IMG/VR virus record: IMGVR_UViG_3300045988_014803
Span: 1 to 37,808 of that record
Length of the DNA stretch: 37,808 bases
From: a virus
Direction: 5' to 3' (one strand)
The position numbers and the translations under genes were made by a program. Shown in pieces: positions 31,944 through 37,808 of this stretch. The notes beneath the pieces are model-generated. The model was not told the origin of the DNA. It saw nothing but the letters and a program-made list of their open reading frames with translations, and did not search any database. Within the stretch, counting starts at the first letter, position 1. Each line of letters opens with the position of its first letter.

Positions 31944-32704
31944 TATTTGCCGTAAAACATAGCCATGAGTTCTTCTTCAGACCCATAACCGTTCTGGTCG
32001 TATTTCTTCTCTGGCTGTTTCTCCTGCTTTGTGTATTCATTCTTTAAAGGGAAGATACATTGCCAGTTATTAGTGATTGACTGATTTAGAATAGCAATCT
32101 TTGTATCGTCTGTATTTCCTAATTCATCAAGTTTCTTTAACATAAGTTTAAGAGCATACTCTGTCATAGGCTTCTTGATGAATGATCTCATCTGTAAGAA
32201 TGCTTTCAACGCATTCTGTAAATCTTCATTTTGTGTATACTCTGCAATCTGCTCATCATACGATTTCGGCTTGCTCTTTCTTTCTTTCTTACTTAATTTA
32301 TTATTTGTATTATTATCTGTATTAATATCTGTATTACTTTCTTTCAAATTATGATATTCTGCCTTACAATTTTTGATATTCTGCCTTTCAAAATTTGAAA
32401 GTCTGCTTTTCAATTCTCGTTTTCTTCCATCAAAGTTTTGCACGTAAATATATCCACAATCAATCAGTTTTCTAATAGCAGTTGACACTTTTGTTTTGCT
32501 GCACTGGCAGAACTCTGCGAGGTGTTCATTGCTTGCATAACATCCTTTTTCTCCGTTGTCTAGGCTGTCAATTTCCGTAAGAATAATCTTTTCTAGCGCA
32601 TTAAGCCTAGTGTCTAGCCACACTTTCTTTGGAATCCATACGCCCTTGAAGTCTCTGCTTTCGTTCATGTTTTTGCTTCCTTTCTTTTCTGTATCATCAA
32701 TCAT
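31943..32704 (-). CDS. Replication initiator / replisome organiser (N-terminal winged-helix, C-terminal DnaD-like)
   Basis: FKGVWIPKKVWLDTRLNALEKIILTEIDSLDNGEKGCYASNEHLAEFCQCSKTKVSTAIRKLIDCGYI, and a C-terminal ...KPMTEYALKLMLKKLDEL...ILNQSITNNWQCIF. An alternative start lies at 32668. Confidence 0.7.
   Translation of the reverse strand: MIDDTEKKGSKNMNESRDFKGVWIPKKVWLDTRLNALEKIILTEIDSLDNGEKGCYASNEHLAEFCQCSKTKVSTAIRKLIDCGYIYVQNFDGRKRELKSRLSNFERQNIKNCKAEYHNLKESNTDINTDNNTNNKLSKKERKSKPKSYDEQIAEYTQNEDLQNALKAFLQMRSFIKKPMTEYALKLMLKKLDELGNTDDTKIAILNQSITNNWQCIFPLKNEYTKQEKQPEKKYDQNGYGSEEELMAMFYGK
32303..32336. repeat. Three 12-bp-phased iteron-like repeats inside the initiator gene
   Basis: Plus strand: ATTTGTATTA (32303), ATCTGTATTA (32315), ATCTGTATTA (32327). 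They lie in an AT-rich stretch encoding the Asn/Thr/Asp linker. Confidence 0.6.
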
Positions 32705-32850
32705 GTGATTGCCTTTCTAACGAAAAAACTGCACAGCTTTAATAGTTTCGCACCATATCAAGCCATACAGTTCTCGTATCTATTCAGTTGTTTACCTACT
32801 CAGCAGGTGCGAACTACTGAACAGACATTATAGTTTATCACTACTCTTTA

Positions 32851-32879
32851 ATATTATCATCATAATGTGATTATGTCAA
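32851..32879 (-). promoter_or_regulatory. Sigma-70 promoter with extended -10 for the replication genes
   Basis: The minus strand reads TTGACA-N17-(TGa)TAATAT. The -35 overlaps the stop codon of the DUF1064-like gene. Confidence 0.6.
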
Positions 32880-33274
32880 AACATTTTGCTGACTTTTGTT
32901 TCTATTTGAAACTTCTTGATGTCTTTACTCGTAACGATGCTGATTGTGTAATCTGGATATTTGTACTCAAACAGTTTTTGCTTTAACCGAAATACGTCCG
33001 TAATTACCGCTGTAGAGCCTTTTACGTCTTCGATTATAATTCTATCACCCTCACACAAGATGTATCTAAAATCGGCTTTATACACGGTTTTACGCCATGT
33101 CTTGCCATTCTTCTTGAATGTCGGTATAAGTTCATACTCCGGTTGTAATTCCAAATCACGAATAACTCCTGCACGTTCCAGAATCTTCAACTGTGCATAC
33201 CGTTCAGCTTCAAGCTTTGAGTCAAATTTGATGCCATCTGCAACCGTCTTTGTATTGTGATATTTTCTGTACAA
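32876..33274 (-). CDS. DUF1064-like (PD-(D/E)XK-type) endonuclease
   Basis: DGIKFDSKLEAERYAQLKILERAGVIRDLELQPEYEL...YKADFRY...IEDVKG. The probable TTG start at 33274 follows a GAGGTGA RBS. The ORF-track ATG at 33337 overlaps the upstream gene. Confidence 0.7.
   Translation of the reverse strand: MYRKYHNTKTVADGIKFDSKLEAERYAQLKILERAGVIRDLELQPEYELIPTFKKNGKTWRKTVYKADFRYILCEGDRIIIEDVKGSTAVITDVFRLKQKLFEYKYPDYTISIVTSKDIKKFQIETKVSKMF
32898..32912 (-). repeat. Motif copy (GTTTCAAATAGAAAC, perfect)
   Basis: Lies in the last codons of the DUF1064-like gene (KFQIET), just upstream of the promoter at 32851-32879. Confidence 0.7.
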
Positions 33275-33284
33275 ATAAGTCACC

Positions 33285-33608
33285 TCATAGATAGTTTTTC
33301 CCAAAAATTTCAATGAACTCGCTTGTAGTCCATCCATATTCGTCCATCGCTCTTTTCTGCCCCATCTTTTTCAGATGCATGTCAAACTCGTGTCCCTTGC
33401 TGCAATGCACACCATACTCAGACATGTTGTGATCTTGTGGTCTGATGAATACGACAAGACCATACTTGATTGACTTTTTCCTGTTGGCAGTTCCGAAAAA
33501 AATTTCATGCCTGACAGTTCCATATACCCGCTTAGAAAAATATATGTAGCAGTGCCCCTTCGCGATGAACATGCCTTCATGCATAATGCAGAACTCTTCA
33601 TTCATCAT
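33285..33608 (-). CDS. Conserved hypothetical phage protein
   Basis: 107 aa. HEIFFGTANRKKSIKYGLVVF...GWTTSEFIEIFGKNYL recalls a Firmicutes phage family that normally carries CxxC/HH motifs; those motifs are absent here. Confidence 0.55.
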   Translation of the reverse strand: MMNEEFCIMHEGMFIAKGHCYIYFSKRVYGTVRHEIFFGTANRKKSIKYGLVVFIRPQDHNMSEYGVHCSKGHEFDMHLKKMGQKRAMDEYGWTTSEFIEIFGKNYL

Positions 33609-33681
33609 CGCATCACCGCAAAAAAAGTCTTTACAAAGAACAGAAAAATTCCGAAAAATGTTTTAAATACTACAATCAGAA

Positions 33682-34095
33682 TCATTTTCCACTACTTCCG
33701 AAGCCTTTATCACCACGCTCGGTATTTTCATCAAGTGAATCCATTAAGTGAATATCCTCATAAAACACTGGGATTACAACCAACTGTGAGATTTTATCAC
33801 CAGCATGAACCAGATAGTGTTTATCAGAATTGTTATACAGTTTTACCATGATTTCGCCTGTATATCCTTCATCAATCAATCCTGTTGATGTAATGCCGTG
33901 ATTGACGTTCAAACCACTTTTAGAAACCAACAGCCCTGCCGTTCCATATGGCAACTGTACATGCAATCCAGTATGTAATATCGCACTGCTATGTGCTTTG
34001 ATAAATTTTGTCTCTTTCGCCTTAATGTCAAGTCCTGCATCAGTTTTGTGCGCCCTCTCTGGCAAGTACGCTCCTGTTTCAACATAAATATTCAT
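33682..34095 (-). CDS. dut: dUTP diphosphatase (trimeric dUTPase)
   Basis: Motifs AGLDI, SKSGL, GLIDEGYTGEI and RGDKGFGSSG. Confidence 0.9.
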   Translation of the reverse strand: MNIYVETGAYLPERAHKTDAGLDIKAKETKFIKAHSSAILHTGLHVQLPYGTAGLLVSKSGLNVNHGITSTGLIDEGYTGEIMVKLYNNSDKHYLVHAGDKISQLVVIPVFYEDIHLMDSLDENTERGDKGFGSSGK

Positions 34096-34551
34096 TTATT
34101 TTTTCCTCATTTCTATATACTTCAGTTTTGCAACCTCATCAGGTGTAAGTACAGGTATGCCCTGCTCTTCACAGTCTCTAATCAATCCATCAAGAAGGAT
34201 GGAGAACTCTTTTGAATCCATATCCGAACTGCCTTTGTAAATTTTGTAATGCGTGAACTCTTTGCCATCAAGATCACTTTGCCCGATTGCTTCATAATAC
34301 CGAAAATAGCCATCAACTTTTATGTCTGACCTGACCGACACAACCTCATACACACTGTACCGCTCGAGCATCATGAAATGTACTTCTTCACTGCTAAACC
34401 TCATAACGCTAGCCAACTGGTTGAGTAAAGACCAGTAGTAAGCATTTGCTGTGAGTGATCTTTTCGATTTCTTTTCTTTTATCTCGTACAGCTTTTCTGC
34501 ATCCTGCTGGTCGAACAACCACTGGATGATATCTTTCGCGTTTCCTATCAT
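34096..34551 (-). CDS. NinB/Orf-like recombination mediator (putative)
   Basis: 151 aa. KRSLTANAYYWSLLNQLA resembles the NinB N-terminal motif. Sits inside the recombination module. Confidence 0.45.
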   Translation of the reverse strand: MIGNAKDIIQWLFDQQDAEKLYEIKEKKSKRSLTANAYYWSLLNQLASVMRFSSEEVHFMMLERYSVYEVVSVRSDIKVDGYFRYYEAIGQSDLDGKEFTHYKIYKGSSDMDSKEFSILLDGLIRDCEEQGIPVLTPDEVAKLKYIEMRKK

Positions 34552-34565
34552 ACCGTTATTACCGC

Positions 34566-34970
34566 CTAGAATGGCAAATCAGACGAATTCATGTCGAATC
34601 CTGTATTACCCCAACCATTATCAAGATTGCTATTGTTTTGACCGCTAGGGCTATCAGAACTCATTTCACGCTTACGTTCCAAGAACTGAAAGCTTGTCGT
34701 GACTACTTCTGTCACATAAACCATTCTGCCGTCCTTCTCATAGTTTCTTGTCTGGATGTGCCCAGTCACACCAAATAAGTCGCCTTTATGAACATATTTT
34801 GCGATTGTATCGGCTGCTTTGTCCCACGCAATACAAGGAATGAAGTCTGCGCCGTCTTCCTTTTTTCTTCTGTCAACTGCCAATGTGAATGAGACAACAT
34901 GAGTACCGTTCTGCGTTCTCCGCTCCTCAACATCCTTCGTAAGTCTTCCAATCAAACTAACATTGTTCAT
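34566..34970 (-). CDS. ssb: Single-stranded DNA-binding protein
   Basis: OB-fold start MNNVSLIGRLTKDVEERRTQNG...FTLAV. Gly/Asn/Ser-rich tail ending in the acidic tip DLPF. Confidence 0.9.
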   Translation of the reverse strand: MNNVSLIGRLTKDVEERRTQNGTHVVSFTLAVDRRKKEDGADFIPCIAWDKAADTIAKYVHKGDLFGVTGHIQTRNYEKDGRMVYVTEVVTTSFQFLERKREMSSDSPSGQNNSNLDNGWGNTGFDMNSSDLPF

Positions 34971-35559
34971 TTTCGTTTTCCTCCAAAAATTTGTTTATCA
35001 ATTCCCATGTCATGTCCTCATTTATAGGGCTGTCAATGACTTTTCTGATGCCATCTCTGAGATGTATAATCTTCAGAAATTTTGCATCAACTCCGTAGCT
35101 TTGCATCAATCCAATTCTGTACAAATTCAACTGATATGCGATCTTTTCCTTGTTTAATGCACTGACGGTTTTAATATCCGCAATGCCAGTTTCACCATCC
35201 ATCAGCATTGTCATGTCAAGTCGTCCACATGCAATCGGCATATCGTCTTTGAACAGCACAACTGGCAATTCACTGTCCAGAACCTCGAATCCGTATTGTT
35301 TCTGCAAAAACTTAAAGTTTCGCACTGCTTCGCTTCCATCATCATAGCCTGAGTTGTTGTAGTTCTCGATTGCCTTATGTACTGCCGTACCTCTTTGGGC
35401 CGCATTATTCAACACGGCAGGAGGCACGCTTGCATATTCGTTTCTAAACTTCGCACCAAGAATCTGCGTTACACTTGGCAGCATAAGCCCATCATACAGA
35501 TATGTATGCGTTTCATCAAAATATTCAAGCGTACCGCCTTTAATGCTGAATGTTTCCAT
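34957..35559 (-). CDS. PD-(D/E)XK (RecB/Cas4-like) exonuclease
   Basis: GTAVHKAIE..., GRLDM...GIADIKT...YQLNLY fits the D...(D/E)xK...QxxxY arrangement. Adjacent to the Erf-type annealing protein. Confidence 0.7.
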   Translation of the reverse strand: METFSIKGGTLEYFDETHTYLYDGLMLPSVTQILGAKFRNEYASVPPAVLNNAAQRGTAVHKAIENYNNSGYDDGSEAVRNFKFLQKQYGFEVLDSELPVVLFKDDMPIACGRLDMTMLMDGETGIADIKTVSALNKEKIAYQLNLYRIGLMQSYGVDAKFLKIIHLRDGIRKVIDSPINEDMTWELINKFLEENENEQC

Positions 35560-35873
35560 TATTTAACCGTGATGCGGATGGACGGTTTTACTTTTGAGAT
35601 TTTGGCGTACAAGTCGTATACATCAGGATTTTCTTTTTTAAAAGTCTTGCTGTCGAACTTTTCTGCATCATGTTCTGGAATAAATGCGATCTTTAGAAAT
35701 TCGTTGTCTAACTTTAATACGCCGTACTTCTGCATAGCATCAAGAATTTCAGCTTTCATACTGTCCTGCTGTTTCTTAATCTCTTTCGCCTGTTTCTCAA
35801 GGCTTACAATCTTCTCGCATACTTCTTCAGATATCGTAACGTCTGAATCTTTTCTTTCGATAATATTAGCCAT
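35559..35873 (-). CDS. Hypothetical recombination-module protein (coiled coil)
   Basis: MANIIERKDSD.... The ATG at 35873 overlaps the upstream stop (ATGGCTAA) after an AGGGAGGA RBS. Confidence 0.6.
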   Translation of the reverse strand: MANIIERKDSDVTISEEVCEKIVSLEKQAKEIKKQQDSMKAEILDAMQKYGVLKLDNEFLKIAFIPEHDAEKFDSKTFKKENPDVYDLYAKISKVKPSIRITVK

Positions 35874-36153
35874 TGTTATCATCCTCCCTGTAGTCAAATT
35901 TAGCGAATTGATATTTGCCGATAACTCTTTTTACCGGCTTGTCTTCTGCACCTGCAAGAATACGCAATGCTCTTTCCACATCATCACTAGATGAAGTGCA
36001 AACTGCAAGCACGGTTGCCTTTTTTTCTCCGAACTGCGTATTGACCAGAACCTCGTCACCTATCTTGATATCGGTAAAAGCAGGTGCATAGAACAGGTAT
36101 TTTTTTATGTCTCCAGTGTGCTGACATACTACAAATTGTACGTAACTATTCAT
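35866..36153 (-). CDS. Hypothetical early protein
   Basis: 95-aa ORF, translationally coupled. Confidence 0.6.
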   Translation of the reverse strand: MNSYVQFVVCQHTGDIKKYLFYAPAFTDIKIGDEVLVNTQFGEKKATVLAVCTSSSDDVERALRILAGAEDKPVKRVIGKYQFAKFDYREDDNNG

Positions 36154-36763
36154 GACTGTCCGCCTTTCTCTGCTTCATGATCTTACCGATTAACTCGCTT
36201 GCCTTCGACATCGGCATATCTTCCGGCTTTTCAATCTTGTTCATCTTTAACAGCTTTTCAAGATTCTCACCTGTATAGTTCTTGCTCAATACTTCTACCT
36301 GTCTTGGTGATGCCTTGCGTTCCGTGCTGTTCGTTGCTTCATCATCATTTCCGTCTGTATCTTCTTCAGTTGCTATACCCAAGAATGCACCTAATGAGTA
36401 ACGCTTGCGGTATGTGATCTCTGCACCCTCATCCTGAAGCTTCGCACCTTCCTTAACTGCAAACGGGTAAGTGTTTGTCTCGAATACATGTCCACTCTTA
36501 TGTACCAGAATACAGCGAACACCGTTTACGCCGTTCTCATCAACTCCAATAGGCTGTAATAATGCAAAGTTCTGATTTTCCTTGATTTTGTTTAAAATGT
36601 TGTCTAATGGCACATAATCAAATGCCTTGTGCATCCATTCCCCTGTTTTTCGATTTTGCACAGAATAGTTGACCTGTGCGGACTTTTCTAGTCCTCTTAA
36701 CTGATTTACCAACTCGATTAAATCAGTTGCTACTTCTTTTGTAATGTTTTTAAATCCTATCAT
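36146..36763 (-). CDS. ERF-family single-strand annealing protein
   Basis: ...FDYVPLDNILNKI...ILVHKSGHVFE...QDEGAEITYRKRYSLGAFLGIATEEDTDGNDD has the ERF pattern. The ATG at 36763 (MIGFKN) is preferred over the ORF-track 36814. Confidence 0.75.
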   Translation of the reverse strand: MIGFKNITKEVATDLIELVNQLRGLEKSAQVNYSVQNRKTGEWMHKAFDYVPLDNILNKIKENQNFALLQPIGVDENGVNGVRCILVHKSGHVFETNTYPFAVKEGAKLQDEGAEITYRKRYSLGAFLGIATEEDTDGNDDEATNSTERKASPRQVEVLSKNYTGENLEKLLKMNKIEKPEDMPMSKASELIGKIMKQRKADSHE

Positions 36764-36884
36764 TTTTCTTGTTTTCCTTTCTTTTTGAAACATCTTTTGA
36801 AACATCAATTTCATATTGTTTAATAATTTTGATTAGTTCTTCTGCGTTACCGCTTTTTACGATTTCTGCTACGATTTCAAACAT
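36750..36884 (-). CDS. Hypothetical 44-aa protein
   Basis: Not in the ORF track. GGGAG RBS. MFEIVAEIVKSGNAEELIKIIKQYEIDVSKDVSKRKENKKNDRI. Confidence 0.4.
   Translation of the reverse strand: MFEIVAEIVKSGNAEELIKIIKQYEIDVSKDVSKRKENKKNDRI
36777..36791 (-). repeat. Motif copy (GTTTCAAAAAGAAAG) plus an adjacent half-site repeat at 36794-36805
   Basis: Lies 13 nt upstream of the Erf ATG. TTTTGAAACAT occurs twice in tandem. Confidence 0.6.
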
Positions 36885-36888
36885 GTTT

Positions 36889-37083
36889 TCAGCTCCCAAT
36901 TATTAAACTCGCATTTTCCTTACCAAATACATTGCAGAACACTTTGACAAGCTTTGTAGAAGGATTGTGCGTTCCCTGTTCAATACAAGCATAATGGCTA
37001 GTTGATATTCCAAGCTTTTCTGCAACATCCTTCTGAGTTAATCCCTTTGAAATTCTGAATGCTTTCAGTTCTGCTCTTTTCAT
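36889..37083 (-). CDS. Cro-like XRE-family HTH protein
   Basis: MKRAELKAFRISKGLTQKDVAEKLGISTSHYACIEQG.... The ATG at 37083 follows an AGGGGG RBS. Divergent from the cI-like gene. Confidence 0.8.
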   Translation of the reverse strand: MKRAELKAFRISKGLTQKDVAEKLGISTSHYACIEQGTHNPSTKLVKVFCNVFGKENASLIIGS

Positions 37084-37107
37084 TTCGTGCCCCCTTTCTG
37101 CATACAT

Positions 37108-37135
37108 ATAATACCACTGACTCATCAAATTGCAA
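37108..37135 (-). promoter_or_regulatory. Early promoter for the cro-like operon
   Basis: The minus strand reads TTGCAA-N16-TATTAT in the divergent intergenic region. Confidence 0.55.
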
Positions 37136-37168
37136 CTACTTTTCATCATAAGTTGATTATTTATTATT

Positions 37169-37183
37169 GTTTCAAATAGCTAC
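37169..37183 (+). repeat. Motif copy (GTTTCAAATAGCTAC, one arm degenerate)
   Basis: Lies in the cro/cI divergent region, 48 nt upstream of the cI-like ATG. Oriented with the plus-strand gene. Confidence 0.55.
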
Positions 37184-37231
37184 GGTATGTTATCATCGAA
37201 ATATAAACTTTTTTAGGTGGTGTAAAAAATA

Positions 37232-37573
37232 ATGATTAACAATAAGTCAATCGGAAGGAAACTCAAAGAACTACGTACCTCACGTGATCTTAAACAGTCT
37301 GAGCTTGCTGACCTTGTCGGAATTTCAAGACCTGCAATATCGAATATTGAGTCTGGAAAACGTTCCTTGACTCTTTCCACTTTGAAACGTTTTTGTGAGG
37401 TTTACGGCATTGATATATCTTACTTTGGAATTGATACGTCAAGCTATGATGAAGCGACAGACCTCACACTGCGCATCGAGTCTCTGTTTCACGATCTTCC
37501 TGAACCTGAGAAGGATGAACTTTATCTGAAGATAATGAAACTGTACCTAGACAGCAAGAATGTTTCTGATTGA
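37232..37573 (+). CDS. cI-like XRE-family repressor (no peptidase domain)
   Basis: IGRKLKELRTSRDLKQSELADLVGISRPAISNIESGKRSLTLSTLKRFCEVYGI is an HTH. The 45-aa C-terminal region has no S24 Ser/Lys motifs. Confidence 0.8.
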   Translation: MINNKSIGRKLKELRTSRDLKQSELADLVGISRPAISNIESGKRSLTLSTLKRFCEVYGIDISYFGIDTSSYDEATDLTLRIESLFHDLPEPEKDELYLKIMKLYLDSKNVSD

Positions 37574-37679
37574 AACCATCTGTCGAAAAAAAAGAGTTAT
37601 CCAACTCATACTCAATTTTGATATCTTCTTGTTCGGCATAAAGATTAAACAGCAAAGAATAGAAGCTTTCAGCGTCCAT
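37464..37679 (-). CDS. Questionable convergent ORF overlapping the repressor 3' end
   Basis: GGCGGTGA RBS 5 nt before the ATG at 37679 (MDAESFYSLLFNLYAEQEDIKIEYELDN...). It crosses a T8 run and overlaps the cI-like gene by 110 nt antisense. Confidence 0.25.
   Translation of the reverse strand: MDAESFYSLLFNLYAEQEDIKIEYELDNSFFSTDGFNQKHSCCLGTVSLSSDKVHPSQVQEDRETETRCAV
37562..37576. repeat. Motif copy (GTTTCTGATTGAAAC, perfect arms)
   Basis: Overlaps the stop codon of the cI-like gene. Confidence 0.6.
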
Positions 37680-37709
37680 ATGCTCACCGCCTTTCAATGG
37701 CTAGTATGG

Positions 37710-37808
37710 ACTGCTTTTTTTATTTTCAATCAAGCGGAGGTAATTTTATGAGAAAAAAACTGCGAGTGGCAGGATATGCTCGTGTTTCAACAGATGAACA
37801 AAAAAAAT
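37710..37808 (+). repeat. Terminal overlap copy 2 (includes duplicated 5' end of integrase gene from 37748)
   Basis: Exact 99-nt match to 1-99. The ATG at 37748 corresponds to the ATG at 39. Confidence 0.9.

Larger units (their letters stand above)
1..37709. mobile_element. Complete circularly closed temperate siphovirus-type phage genome (unit length 37,709 bp)
   Basis: Bases 1-99 are identical to 37710-37808, so the contig closes on itself. Lysogeny, recombination/replication, lysis, packaging, HK97-type head and long-tail modules are all present. Confidence 0.85.

Noticed and set aside
35377-35994. A 205-aa plus-strand ORF lies in the recombination module.
   Set aside because: It is antisense to three tightly coupled minus-strand genes with recognisable products (PD-(D/E)XK nuclease and neighbours). 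It is Cys/Phe/Ser/Ile-rich with no motifs or RBS.
1-37808. I searched for tRNA genes, CRISPR arrays, a reverse transcriptase/DGR (template-variable repeat pairs near fibre genes), transposases and toxin-antitoxin pairs.
   Set aside because: - The few intergenic regions contain no cloverleaf-like sequences.
- There are no regularly spaced short repeats.
- No RT motifs (YxDD) occur in any ORF.
- The only large repeat near the fibres is the in-frame tandem repeat.
- The AbrB-like ORF has no adjacent toxin candidate.

Overview
The window is one complete, circularly closed temperate phage genome with a unit length of 37,709 bp. Bases 1-99 recur exactly at 37710-37808, which I read as an assembly overlap. 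The phage is siphovirus-like with an HK97-type head module and probably infects a low-GC Firmicutes/Clostridia-type host. All calls come from reading the sequence and the translated ORFs; no database search was possible.

Almost every gene is on the minus strand. In transcription order (high to low coordinates) they are:
- Cro-like HTH protein.
- Recombination genes: Erf-type annealing protein, PD-(D/E)XK nuclease, SSB and a NinB-like protein.
- dUTPase, a DUF1064-like nuclease, a DnaD-like initiator and a DnaC-like loader.
- About 20 small early ORFs.
- An AbrB-like small protein, holin and a GH25/CW_7/LysM endolysin.
- HNH endonuclease.
- An AT-rich module of about 3.9 kb.
- TerS, TerL, portal, ClpP-like protease, HK97-type capsid protein, neck proteins, major tail protein, G/GT chaperone (-1 frameshift), tape measure and Dit.
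- A fibre cassette of about 3.8 kb, then a Tal-like protein and a DUF859-like tip protein.

The plus strand carries only an XRE-type cI-like repressor and a large serine integrase.

Most notable observations:
1. The AT-rich module between HNH and TerS has its own promoter and a sodium:solute-symporter-like membrane protein. It also carries two tandem ParB-like / PAPS-reductase-like (IbrB/IbrA- or DndB/DndC-like) gene pairs that are partly decayed: an internal deletion, an in-frame TAG and an A7 frameshift. The compositional joint falls inside terS.
2. A 15-bp palindrome, GTTTC-N5-GAAAC, recurs at nine gene junctions across otherwise unrelated modules.
3. A fibre cassette is interposed between Dit and Tal.
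4. There is a candidate serine-integrase attP and 12-bp iteron-like repeats inside the initiator gene.
5. Several other ORFs look split or frameshifted.
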